Assembly (NCBI GenBank): GCA_034226945.1
Contig: CP120454.1
Span: forward strand, 992,001-1,056,000
Source: Picochlorum sp. SENEW3
Lineage: Eukaryota
Reading direction: 5' to 3'
DNA: 64,000 nucleotides
Each line of letters opens with the position of its first letter. Within the stretch, counting starts at the first letter, position 1. The notes under the pieces are model-generated. The model was not told where the DNA came from, ran no database searches, and was given only the letters and a program-made list of their open reading frames with translations. Positions 45,507 to 56,976 of the stretch are shown here, piece by piece. Position numbers and translations under genes: made by a program.

Positions 45507-45664
45507 GGTACAAAGACATGAATGACCTCCAGGATGGCAGTCATGGATGCATCCCTGTTTCAGCCTCCTTATGTGGATGGCACTATCCAGATAGGCATTA
45601 ATTTTACTCAAATATTGCCTTGACGACACATCTTTATTATTTATCAACGTAAATAGTGAACAAA

Positions 45665-46959
45665 ATGGCTCAAATGTTAAGATCGACTGTTTCCATCAAC
45701 TCCACTTTTGGGTACGCATGTATCTGTGCAACTTTTTCAGATCCAACATCTGAGTGGCGCTCATAGTAGCACATTGTCATCCCATCATTAATATAATTTA
45801 TTACTGCAGAAGATCGACCGTACAAAGGAGAGTTCAGTGCCGCAGAGGAATCACAGTTGCAGCCATCGACAGGGTACGGAACCTGAATTATCCACTAGTA
45901 TGAAACAAACGCGATCATATTCCAATACTATCTATATGCAGCCTGAATCGGATACCAAATTCGATGGATATGAGCCAAAGGTGGCCTTTTTCTTCCCTGG
46001 CCAGGGTGCTCAGACTGTTGGGATGGCAAAAGATGTTGTCGCCGAGATTCCAAAGGCAAAGCAGCTGTTTGAGCAAGCCTCCGACATCTTGGGATACGAT
46101 CTTCTCCAAGTGTGTGCTGAAGGGCCAAAAGAGAAGCTCGACTCGACGGCTGTCAGTCAGCCAGCCATCTTTGTCTCCAGTCTTGCTGCCATTGAAAAGC
46201 TCAGATCTGAGGAGGGAGATGTACGTAGTTCACTTACAGCACACCCACACGATATTACAATACTAATTATTTCACATCATGCAGGATGCTGTAAACAAGG
46301 CAAATGTTGCCGCGGGGCTTTCCCTGGGAGAGTACACTGCATTGACCTATGCTGGTGCCATGTCTTTTGAAGACGGACTGAAATTAGTCGAACTCCGTGG
46401 ACAGAGCATGCAGGCTGCAGCTGATGCAAAACCTTCTGGTATGGTTTCAGTGATTGGACTCTCTGCTGACAAAGTTGCCGAGCTCTGCGAAGCAGCTACC
46501 GCAGAAGTTGGAGCAGACAAGGGTGTGAAAATTGCCAACTACCTCTGCAATGGAAATTACGCTGTCAGTGGGGGGATTGAGGGATGCGAAGCAGTTCAAA
46601 AGCTGGCAAAAGACTTTAAAGCGCGTATGACGGTACCACTTGCAGTCGCTGGAGCTTTCCATACCGAGTATATGGAGCCAGCTGCGGAGAAGCTTCAGGC
46701 AGCATTGGACGCGACAACCATTGTAGAGCCACGCATCCCTGTGGTCTCCAATGTCGACGCCATGCCACACACCGATCCAGAAACCATCAAAAAGATCTTA
46801 GCGCTACAGCTGACATCTCCCGTGCAGTGGGAGACCACTCTCAAGACCCTGTTGGACAAGGGGTTGGAAGAGTCTTTTGAGATTGGACCAAACAAGGTTA
46901 TTGCAGGCATTATGAAGAGAATTGATAGAAAACATTCCGTTACAAACATCACTGTGTAA
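45665..46959 (+). CDS. FABD: Malonyl-CoA:ACP transacylase, plastid-type, 4 exons
   Basis: Introns ~45712-45809, ~45874-45941, 46221-46284. FPGQGAQ, SQPAI, GLSLGEY, VAGAFH, PVQW. Confidence 0.93.
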
Positions 46960-46988
46960 CTTTATTTTTGTCTATAGTACCATGCTCT

Positions 46989-47970
46989 CTATACAGCTGG
47001 CGTTGGACCCGTCACATCCGTCGCAAGCAAGGCAGCTGCTGCCGGATGACCAACATTCATCAACAACTGAGCCAGCCATCGCCTTGTCGTCTGATCATCT
47101 TTCAAGCACGCTGTGAACTGTGGATTCCTCAGAGGATCCGGCAAACATTGCCTCAGCGCCTCTCGAGCTCTAGTATTATCAGAAAGTCTAAGATAACAGC
47201 GCACAATATGTTTCAAAAGCCTCACACTCGACTGCTCCGCCAAACCAGTCACCATGGATGATAGCACTGCACTCACTGCAAAGAAGCGCTCAGCTGTCGC
47301 ACAAATATACGATAAACCAGCGTTATCTAGCAATATTTTCTGAACAATAAACGTCGCCACTGTTTTGGACAGCTCGCTACCAGTCTCCATGGTTCTCAAG
47401 CACAAGGGAATGATTTCAGTGGACAATAAAAAACTAATAACCTCTGGATCATCAACCTTGACAAGCGCACCAATCACCCCCAAGCTCGTCAATCGTAAAT
47501 ATTCAAACGGCCTCGTCTTGCTCGCCGTATTCAGAAATGGATACAGAAAGAGAGGTATATGCGCCTTTAAGAACAATGTCCTCGTCTCCCCATGGGATGC
47601 TACACACTGCAGTAACGCCAACGCATTACAAACTCTATTAGACGCATGCGCTGTCAAAGAAGGAGGCTGTAACATTGGATAAATCGACACAATCTCCTGC
47701 AGCAAGGCAGACATGGTTCCAAAACTATGCCATAGACACGGTGCCAACTCTGGGAAAGACTCTCGCTCCTTGCTCAGTTTCAGCAATGCCGTTTCCTTCA
47801 TTGACGGATTCGTCAGATCTAATACCAATTGCTCCTACAATAGCAGTAGGTAATTCATCATCATCATGCTTTTGTCAGTTCAACACACGTCAACACAGCT
47901 ATACAAGCACCCGAGGACAGTCTACTCCTCGCCCAAAACAAACCCTCTGGTTTATACCATCACACACCAT
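46989..47970 (-). CDS. CNOT9: CCR4-NOT subunit 9 (Rcd1/CAF40); first exon tentative
   Basis: [45 protein letters not shown]; acceptor TTGTAG ending at 47835. Confidence 0.95.
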
Positions 47971-48520
47971 TTTTTAATGAATATTTACTACAACTGCGAC
48001 GTCTATTACAGTCGCAAAGACTAAAAAACTAGAAAAAGGCAACGGGACTCAGCCACGCCTTCACGACCCGTATTACACACGGCTTCTCTCCTTACTATAT
48101 GTAAACTGTAATTGTTTTACGTATGGGTGGCTTCAATACAGTGGTATCGTGGAGATGGAGAGCATTCTGAGAATCAAGCAACGAATTACTTTGTCCAGTC
48201 ACTTGAAAAGAATTGGATGCGTCCCATCTATTTCCCCAATACGTGAACAACTCTCCCAAATTGAGATGGAATTTTACAAGAGTAAGCTTTGAACTGAATA
48301 GCCCTCTTTTCTGAGGTCAGAGTTGCAGATTAATGCTCGTGATCTTCCTCTGAGAACGATTCCTACACGATTCTTAAGCGTACTTCATCTAGACTGGTTG
48401 ATTCTAGCATATATACGCTCATAGTATTTAAATCAACCCATCTGCTGAATTGGATAGCAGTTCTCATCCGCATACATAGAGACTGTATGAGATTAATTGG
48501 ATCCAAACTTTAGACCAAAA

Positions 48521-49510
48521 ATGTCAGTTTCAATACACGGGCAAGGAGTTGTCCGTCGTGGAGTTCCAATGAGGGATAGGACAGCAGATTTTCAGACATT
48601 AGTGACTGCCAAGTTGGAAGAGCAAAGTCGATTGAACGTGTCTGGGGGAGGGCAAGACACAAGTGCTTCCACAACAGGAGGGCAGTATGATTCGGCTCGT
48701 GGTTCTTCCACAAAGGCGCATTCTCAATCTGAATTTGCAAAAAGAGCGAGTGCGATTGGGTTGGGGATTCATAGCACGTCTCAGAAATTACAAAAGCTTG
48801 CGCAGTTGGCAAAACGCACATCCATGTTTGATGATCCAGCAGAGGAGATTAATGAACTCGCGACGCTGGTCAAACATGATATACAGGCACTGAATCAAGG
48901 GATTACAGATCTTCAGACGTATTTAGGCGGGGTAGGTAATAAGCAGAGTGCTGATCATTCAAATAATGTTGTAGAGAATTTGAGGAATAGATTAAAGGAT
49001 ACCACAAAGGAGTTCAAAGACGTATTGACCTTGCGGACAGACAACTTGAAAGTTCATGAAGAGCGAAAGTCGCTCTTTGTCTCATCCAAGAGTCAAAAGC
49101 AGCTGTATCAGCCAGGTGCAACATTTCTCCCCCAGAGTGCAAGGCACTCTCTCCGTGCTGCGCAGGGGGATGATACAACACCATTGCTTTCTCAGCAAGC
49201 GCAGGACCAAATACAAGCTCCACAGCAGGATGCATACCTTGCGAGTAGACAGGATGCTCTTCATGAAGTAGAATCCACAATTGTAGAACTGGGGAATATT
49301 TTCCAGCAGCTGGCATCCATGGTACATGAGCAAGGAGAGATGGCTGTGCGTATTGATGAGAATGTTGATGATACGTTGAATAACGTAGAAGCAGGGCAAG
49401 CGCAATTGCTGAAATATCTCAATACGATATCGTCTAATAGATGGTTGATGTTGAAAGTGTTTGGCATCATTATGCTGGCTTTGATATTCTTCCTTGTATT
49501 TGTTGCTTAG
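48521..49510 (+). CDS. SYP32: Golgi Qa-SNARE syntaxin 5 (Sed5/SYP3)
   Basis: RDRTADF, KLAQLAKRTSMFDDP, VESTIVELGNIFQQLA, SSNRWLM + TM. Confidence 0.93.
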   Translation: MSVSIHGQGVVRRGVPMRDRTADFQTLVTAKLEEQSRLNVSGGGQDTSASTTGGQYDSARGSSTKAHSQSEFAKRASAIGLGIHSTSQKLQKLAQLAKRTSMFDDPAEEINELATLVKHDIQALNQGITDLQTYLGGVGNKQSADHSNNVVENLRNRLKDTTKEFKDVLTLRTDNLKVHEERKSLFVSSKSQKQLYQPGATFLPQSARHSLRAAQGDDTTPLLSQQAQDQIQAPQQDAYLASRQDALHEVESTIVELGNIFQQLASMVHEQGEMAVRIDENVDDTLNNVEAGQAQLLKYLNTISSNRWLMLKVFGIIMLALIFFLVFVA

Positions 49511-49611
49511 AATTTCGTTGATATTACTAATGTGAAAGAAATATCATGAATATATTTATTTGGGTATTATTTGTTCAATTGTGAGGGTTTTTCATCATAG
49601 AGTGACACACA

Positions 49612-50982
49612 ATGTGCCGTGTCATCGCGTGGTCGCATGGCCCGCATGTGGGTCTTTCGTGCTGTTCCACAGGGACCACGCAGCGCCAACGTAGTCATAC
49701 AATATTAAAGAATTGTTCAATTGGAGTTAGAAAGGAATGGCGGGGCCGGCAACGGAACCGTAGACTTGTGGAATATGCTCGCTCACAGAGAAAGGATGGA
49801 CCAGACCCTGGTGAGGATGAGAAGAAGAAGCCTCCTGCTTCTTCTTCTTCTCCCGAGACGGAGGAATCGTCGTTGCCAGAGATGAACCCAGAGCTTAAAC
49901 TTCTTGTAGATCTTATAGTTGAGTATCCCGCAACGCGGGGTACTATTGCAGCGGTGTTGGGGTATTTTGTTCATATTAATCCTCTGGACACGTTGCATTG
50001 GAGCCAACATGACTTTTATTGGGGGATATTGCTGGCGCTTCCTGTTCTGGCATGGGATGCATTAATTATGTTGCCGAATTGGGATCCACCAAAAGTTGAG
50101 AAAGTGATGCAGCTGTCGGTGCCTCGGTCAGTAGCTGAAAAGCTTGGGGACAAAATTATTATTCCTGAGAATGACGGTGGTGCGGATGTCAAGGCAGGGT
50201 TTGTGAATATTCCGGTCACGGATGGAGGCGATGTAGAAGACATTGATAAAGATCTTGTGACTGTTGAAAGGACGATTAAAGTTCGAGGAGAGCAGAGCTC
50301 GTGGAAGGATGCTTTGAGGAGGACTCAAATTGATAGGACAATGAACAATGCTGGTCAGTTGCTTCAGCCGGCGTCGGAAGCGCTCCTACTTGTCTTGGTT
50401 CATTTCAGCGAAGAAATGCTGTATAGAGGTTTTGGGCTTACGTTTGCTGTGAAATGGACGACGGATAGGTTGTATGAAGCAACTGGTGAGGATTTTGTGG
50501 ACCTGTTTGGTCGATACACGGTTCCTATACCTACCCTTGGGGCAGCTGTTGCGTCAGTATCTCTCGTGACTGTAGCAATATATCTCTTACTGTCGCGAGA
50601 TTTGAAGAGTTTGAAGGTGATTGAGAATCTTGAGCAGAGTAATGATGATGCGTCGTCAGCCAACAAGACGTTGATTGAGATGAAGGATACCATTCTGAGT
50701 CAGCAGCGCTGGAATATTGGCATCACCGCTGTGTCAGAAGTTGTTCAGTGGACATCGGCAACTGCGGCGTTTCTCTACACTGGGAATTTACTTGCCCCTA
50801 TAGTAGGAGCGTTGGTGTCTGATGCACTTTGCTCCTATTGGCAGAGGGATAAACTGAAAATTCTTCAACAAAATCTTCTTGCGGATTCTAGAGAAAGACT
50901 TGCACTTGCAAAAGAGTCTGGTGCGTTAGTTCGTGCAATGAAGGAGGAAAATGCACAGGCTGAAGATGACAGCCAGGAGTAG
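49612..50982 (+). CDS. Putative chloroplast membrane protein, degenerate CPBP/CAAX-protease-like
   Basis: Transit-like N-terminus, several TMs, EEMLYRG motif, TGNLLAPI. Confidence 0.55.
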   Translation: MCRVIAWSHGPHVGLSCCSTGTTQRQRSHTILKNCSIGVRKEWRGRQRNRRLVEYARSQRKDGPDPGEDEKKKPPASSSSPETEESSLPEMNPELKLLVDLIVEYPATRGTIAAVLGYFVHINPLDTLHWSQHDFYWGILLALPVLAWDALIMLPNWDPPKVEKVMQLSVPRSVAEKLGDKIIIPENDGGADVKAGFVNIPVTDGGDVEDIDKDLVTVERTIKVRGEQSSWKDALRRTQIDRTMNNAGQLLQPASEALLLVLVHFSEEMLYRGFGLTFAVKWTTDRLYEATGEDFVDLFGRYTVPIPTLGAAVASVSLVTVAIYLLLSRDLKSLKVIENLEQSNDDASSANKTLIEMKDTILSQQRWNIGITAVSEVVQWTSATAAFLYTGNLLAPIVGALVSDALCSYWQRDKLKILQQNLLADSRERLALAKESGALVRAMKEENAQAEDDSQE

Positions 50983-51035
50983 GTATGGCTCCTTGTCACA
51001 TGAATACACCATCTTTTAATTGATTTTTAACAGCA

Positions 51036-51933
51036 TCACATCATACTATCAATCAAACTTGCTCTCATATCATCTACAATCTTTGTTGCGGTATTGGAAC
51101 GCAACTTCAAGACGCTCTCAATGACTGACAGCTCTGTAGATGTTGTATCCATGCCACAGAATGCAGACCAATCGTTTGCAACAAGGCCAGCGCCGATGAC
51201 ATCACTTCCTCTATTCACTGTTCCTGCAACTAGTGGTACCTGAAGTAGGGAAGACAGTTCGTCCAAATCCTCAACAGTTGTCCCTGGAGCAACAATGCCT
51301 CCTTGATTTGTAAACCTAGCATATGACCCTACAAGCACATTGTTTGCTATACTTTGCCTGAATACTTCAACACCTAAAACATCAGCAACGATTTCCTCCG
51401 TCTCTCGATCTATATCAGGGTGAATCAAGGCGACGTAATCATTGCAGGCTATACAGTTTCCAAGGGCAGAAAGCCTCTCATCAATACGCTGCACCACAAC
51501 CTCATCTGGCAGGGAATTACGAACGTGCAAGAGCTCTTGATCTGTTGCAGTGTTGGGAAGCAATATACCATTCCTGTTTCCCACAGTCATACGCCCAACC
51601 AAACGAGTCCCAGCAATAGAGCATTGCACAACGGGGATGTGGTCAGACAACTCGGCTTCAAACACACTGCATGCATGGTTCTTACGATGAGAATGTCATA
51701 ATCATCGTGTTAAAATGTATGAATATCACCATACCTAAAGAAGTTCTCGGCAGCCCCTTGGGCAACTAAGCAGTATGCATTCGTCAGATTGGCAAAGACA
51801 CCAACTTCGTTACTGCACAAGAATGACGTTAGAATGGGGTTAGAATTAATATTAAAATGTGATTATTAGTTCACTTAATGGCCATGCTGCCATATATTCC
51901 ATACCTATTTTCGTATTGACAGCGAGTTGCCAT
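51036..51933 (-). CDS. EIF6: Translation initiation factor 6, 3 exons
   Basis: MATRCQYEN first exon; [49 protein letters not shown]. Confidence 0.97.
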
Positions 51934-52309
51934 GCTTTTGATATGCACCTACAAGTCCTTTGGAATTCCAGAAATTCGATTTTGGTCTTACTCTTGGAGT
52001 ACAGAAATACCAAAATACATATAATATAGTAGTAGAGCAGTAGGCAGAAGAGCACGGTCATTGTGGCCAATTCGACAACATGACACCTACTAGGTGCACT
52101 TTGAGTGACACGTAAGACATTACAAAGACAGGAAATAAAAGTGCAGTACGGCTGTGTAGCAAAAAATATGACTCAGAGCATGAAGAAGATGTGAAATGAA
52201 CGCCGATCAGACATCGTGGCTGAAATATTCTGTACTCTATTCATGAGTGACATGAAAAAACTTTAAAGCGACTGGTCTCTTCAAGAGACAAAACTTGATA
52301 ATGGCAATC

Positions 52310-54423
52310 CTACTGTACAGAGAACATGGTCGAGACTGCTGCGAGAACAGTTAAAAGGAATGCTGATGTATGTGCGGCAGCTGACTGTGGCGATGTGGTT
52401 TCTGGGGTCGTTGTATCCGCTGTAGTACTAGTAGGTTCTGGAGAAGACTGTGGAGTGCTTGGCTCTGGAGAAGACTCTGGCGCTGCGGTGGGTTCAGGTG
52501 CAGACTCGGGAGCAGCAGCGTCAACACCAGCGAGAGGAACACCTGTGACGTTATATATAACGTTTGGCTGTGCTTTTGCATTTGCATTTGCTGCAGGCTC
52601 TGTTCCCATGACCACCAAGTTACTGCAATTCTCCTCTGGATTCTTGATGACAATGATGTCATCATTCCATGTGTTTGCAGCATCGACATTTTTGTTCCAT
52701 TGCCACTGAAATGCTGTGTCATTGATGAATGTAAGCAAACCATGTCCGAAACTTGGATCTCTGTAATCTGACCACGGGGCTTGCTCCGCATAGCAGAATG
52801 GTGTCCTTTCATCGATAACACCAATTCCACTGTATGTTGGCTGATATTCTGCAGGCCTCCATGTTGATGAATTTCCGCAATATTCTGGTACTGGGGCTTG
52901 GTCCACATATTGCTTGTATAGTCCTTCAAGGTTTCCACCATCCCCAACGGTCATATAAATTGGTCCACATGTATCTGGTTGGAAAGCATACACTGGTGGA
53001 GAGCGTGCGTATGCATGAACATGACCATTCAATACAACATCAACATTGTGCTTCAACATGAGAGGCTCAAAATACTCTTGCATATTTGAATTCTCCTTGT
53101 AATGGTTGATGTATGTGTGATACCATGGGGCATGGAATCCAACAATAATCCATGGCGTTTGTTCTCTGTCAACATTGGACAAGTCTTCATCAAACCACTT
53201 GTACATGACTGAGTTGTCACTGTATGGTACATAGTTGTTCAACATGACAATATGAGCAGGTCCCACATCAATACTGTACCATGTATTGTTTGTCTTGATG
53301 GTGGATGAGATGTCATCAGAGACAAACCTTCCCTCCCCTGGAAGCAGACTCTGTTCCCAATACTGATCAGCAAAGTTTGGAGATGTATTGATCTGCTCAG
53401 GGTCTTGAGGATTCGGGTACCGAGCATTGTATGCCATGTTTGTCTGATTATCCATCAAGAAGACTGATTCCAATTCGTGGTTTCCTCCAATGCTCATGTG
53501 GGGAACAGATGCAAAGAGAGGCTGGGTCAACCGTGCAAACGTATCCCACTTTGGTTGGTACGTCAAAAAATAGCCACCAGTCTCTGGCATGCTTCCACCA
53601 GTAAACCATGGTTGTGCTGTCCCGTTTGGAAGCCAATCATCTGCATAGCTCAAATCTCCAAGATGCAACAATGCATCTGGGTTGTCTTGTGCAGTCCTGT
53701 CCAATGTCACTGAAGTGTTGTATGTCTGGCCTATATCAGCCATGACACCGAACTTGAACGGATACTTTCTGGATGGCACAGTAAAACTGTATACGTCCGA
53801 GAATCCATACTCTTCACTTCCAACAGAATAGAAATACGTCTGTCCAGGTGTAAGATCTTGTAAAATCACATGGTGCAAAATGGGACTGTTGTAAACAGTG
53901 CCAAGCCCATTTATCTCCCCTGCATCTGCATTGTACTTGTACATATACACGACAGCGTCTGCAAGGACTCCTTCATCTCCACGAGTGACACTCGTACTCA
54001 GATCATCCGCGGTCGTTCCATACTTGACCGTACTGGGAACTGTCTCAGGATCATATGGTGTAACACTTTCATCAGTTGTGTTGACCTTGCCATATCCTGT
54101 GGCCCAACTTATTCTCATTGACGTTGGAGTCCAAGATTCAATATGCAATTGATCTGGAGCGAATTCTGGTCCTGTTTTTGCGAGCTCAGACATTGGAATA
54201 TCTGCCTGTCCCCCTGGGGTGAATGGGTAGTTTGGATCATATGGGACCCTGCAATGAATGTATGAGATCGTCATGCGTCTTCGACAATCTACATCCAGGC
54301 ATCGATCATGACATACGAAGCGTTTACCGTATTTCCTGGCGTAGGGAATTCAATCACAAGCAAATCTCTTGCTGCTGCAAACCCTACACAAAGTAGCATG
54401 CAAAGGCACCATTGAACTGACAT
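52310..54423 (-). CDS. Secreted purple acid phosphatase (PAP15/phytase-like) with S/T/P stalk and GPI-like tail, 2 exons
   Basis: Signal peptide; intron 54316-54249; DIG, GDLSY, GNHE, GFH, GHVH, VGDGGN, SFGHG. Confidence 0.92.
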
Positions 54424-55324
54424 TTTCCTCACAGCAATCTTGGCAATAATATCCACCAAATATATTACGGTATGTACTGAATCGATCAGAAGCATGGATC
54501 ATATTTCAACAGCATCTATACAGTTAGATTCGATAGGTATGATTATTCTTCCGTGAACTTGTGAAAGATTCCTTATCCGATGAGAATCTCTTCAGACCCT
54601 GAGACCTTTTCTGGGAAGATTCCCAACAACAGCCTATACACAATATTGATTTGATCTATTGAATGAATTGTACACCAGTGCTGATATCCAGTAGGAATTA
54701 TATCGCTGTTTCAACTGGAGCGATTACAAGGTCTGCATCATATATTCACAAGCGCATTGCAAACCAAAAACAAATCCGCTCAAGATATACTTGTTAAGAG
54801 TTCATCATGCTCTCTTGTTTTGAAAATTTCTTTTGCGCTACTCTGCACACCACGTCCAACTTGATGTTAAGTCCAACATTTCCTTTCTAATCAGCGTGAA
54901 AGACTCCCTCGTTCTTGTCAGCCAGCTGCTTTTTGCCACGTCCATGCAACCACCAGTGGCCTGCTCGGCAAGGTTTTGCTTTGACATTTCCCAAGGAAGA
55001 GCCTTTCAATGTGAGTATATTCGCCACCGCAGGAACCAAGACCATTATTATACTGGGATAATCTATTCAATGGACACACAATCTCCCTCTGGATGGATCC
55101 GAAAAATGGGAAAGAAGGCATGAAGAGTGCAGCTGCTCCTTCTGGTCTAGCAGTAGAACATACGAATCCCATCAACCAACGCGTTCAATGGTACACGATG
55201 CAAATCCTTGTGCACGATTTGCCTGCAAAATACATGTGCACTGCCTGCTGATGCAATCCATAGAAAGAAGAAAAGAAATTAGATATATTTTTTACAGAAG
55301 ATGCAGTATTAGTACTAAACAAGG

Positions 55325-56022
55325 ATGTCGAAAAGCATCAAGGTGAGCAATTTATTAGCCCAAATGGTTCTTGGGAATTTCCTTGCCTTTTTAAAGCAAA
55401 GCACAGCCGATACATGCTTGTTACAGAACATGATATGTAACCATCGATTTAATGAATACAGGGAGTGGCTAATTTAGAAGGTTTGAGGCTCCGCCTGTGC
55501 GATGCCGATGGCCAAGTGGTCGGCCGTTTTGCCTCTCAAATAGCTCAAATTTTAATGGGAAAAGACAAGCCAACCTACTCCCCAGAGAAGGATGATGGGG
55601 ATGTCGTCGTAGTTGTAAATGCTGAAAAGATAGAATTCACGGGGCGGAAGTGGGATAAGAAACTATATCAATGGCATACAGGGTACCCTGGTGGTCTCAA
55701 GGAACGGACTGCCAAAGAGCAGCTTGCACGGGAGCCCACAAAAGTGTTGAAGAATGCAGTGATGGGTATGCTGCCGAAGAATAATCTTAGAAGGTCGATG
55801 GCCAGAAAGCTTAGAATCTTTCCCGGGGAGGATCACGACTTTGTTGGTCATCCAGCATTGGTTGTTCATCAGATGCCACCAAGAACACTGCGGCATAAGG
55901 GTGATGTGTTTGTAGCTCCGGAAGGATTTGAGCCATTTAATCCAGAAGTGTATTGGAAAAAAATGAAGAGAATGGAGGAGAGTAATAAGATTAAGAGCCA
56001 GAGGAAGAATGCTGGTGAATGA
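55325..56022 (+). CDS. MRPL13: Mitochondrial-type ribosomal protein uL13, 2 exons
   Basis: Intron 55343-55461; DA..QVVGR.AS, GKDKPTY.P..D.GD, HTGYPGGLK, GMLPKN. Confidence 0.92.
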
Positions 56023-56195
56023 ATCACCTTATCTGTCTGTTAATAGTAGTAATACCAAAGGAGCATGCCTCAAGTCTCAGGTGGCACCTTTGAATACTTC
56101 TGTTGTAAATTATTTTCTACACATACTTTCATTCATTCTAGGTACATTACATTCATATAATATACACTCCCATGTGTTAGGTGCCATCAACATGA

Positions 56196-56948
56196 TCATT
56201 CTTCCTGCTGTTGTGGAGCTTCCTCATCTCCATCCCTGTCACGGAATCCAGAGTCTCCTAAGGACAGTTCGTACAGGGTATTCTCTAGTTTTTTCAATGT
56301 ATATTTGAGTGCATCATACTTTTTACGGACGCTACCATTGCGGAGATCCAGCTTGAGCATGCATCCCATGATGCTGTCAACACAGTCTCTTGCATGCTGC
56401 ACAGCTTCCACATCCCTCTGAGTGGCACGCGCGATGGCATATCTGTTCAACTCACCAGTGAAATCAAGCAATCCACCGAGGTATTCATCAGTGTTTGCGA
56501 GCTCAATATCACGAGGCAGCATCACTCTTCTGTCAGTCAAATACTGCTGAAAGATGAGAGCTTCAGCATACTCTTCAATTGAGTTGGAAAAGGATCCGTG
56601 TCGTAGAGAGGGATGGTCATCAATCAAAGGACGAAGCTCTGTCGCTGCATGCAGCGCTTGTTCAAGACGCTGAGAGGCTTCGGGTGCATTCCCCCGATGC
56701 AGAGAGAAAATTGCTTGCTTGCTTGCCTTTTGAATATCTCGCGATCGCTTGATCACACGCTCGCGCTTCTCGTCATATTCTTTCATTTCCTGACATAAAG
56801 CGTCAAAAGACTCTTCCAGTGCCTCGAATTCCGACCCAACCGAAGCTGACACTCGTTGCCTTTTGCATGCCATGTTGGCAAAGCTTTGTGTTCTCTGAAT
56901 AGATACTTCAGAGACACGGAGACGAGATAGCACACGCAAAAATGACAT
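56196..56948 (-). CDS. Translin/TRAX-family protein
   Basis: DEKRERVIKRSRDI..SKQAIFSLHR, EEYAEAL, YLGGLLDFTGEL.R, RKKYD. Confidence 0.88.
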   Translation of the reverse strand: MSFLRVLSRLRVSEVSIQRTQSFANMACKRQRVSASVGSEFEALEESFDALCQEMKEYDEKRERVIKRSRDIQKASKQAIFSLHRGNAPEASQRLEQALHAATELRPLIDDHPSLRHGSFSNSIEEYAEALIFQQYLTDRRVMLPRDIELANTDEYLGGLLDFTGELNRYAIARATQRDVEAVQHARDCVDSIMGCMLKLDLRNGSVRKKYDALKYTLKKLENTLYELSLGDSGFRDRDGDEEAPQQQEE

Positions 56949-56976
56949 ATAAATAAATTAATCTATAGGAGAGGGA

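Noticed and set aside
54600..55200. Short ORFs and a minus-strand ATGATGA...CTGA pair
   Set aside because: Boxes are too far apart and there is no convincing rRNA antisense element.
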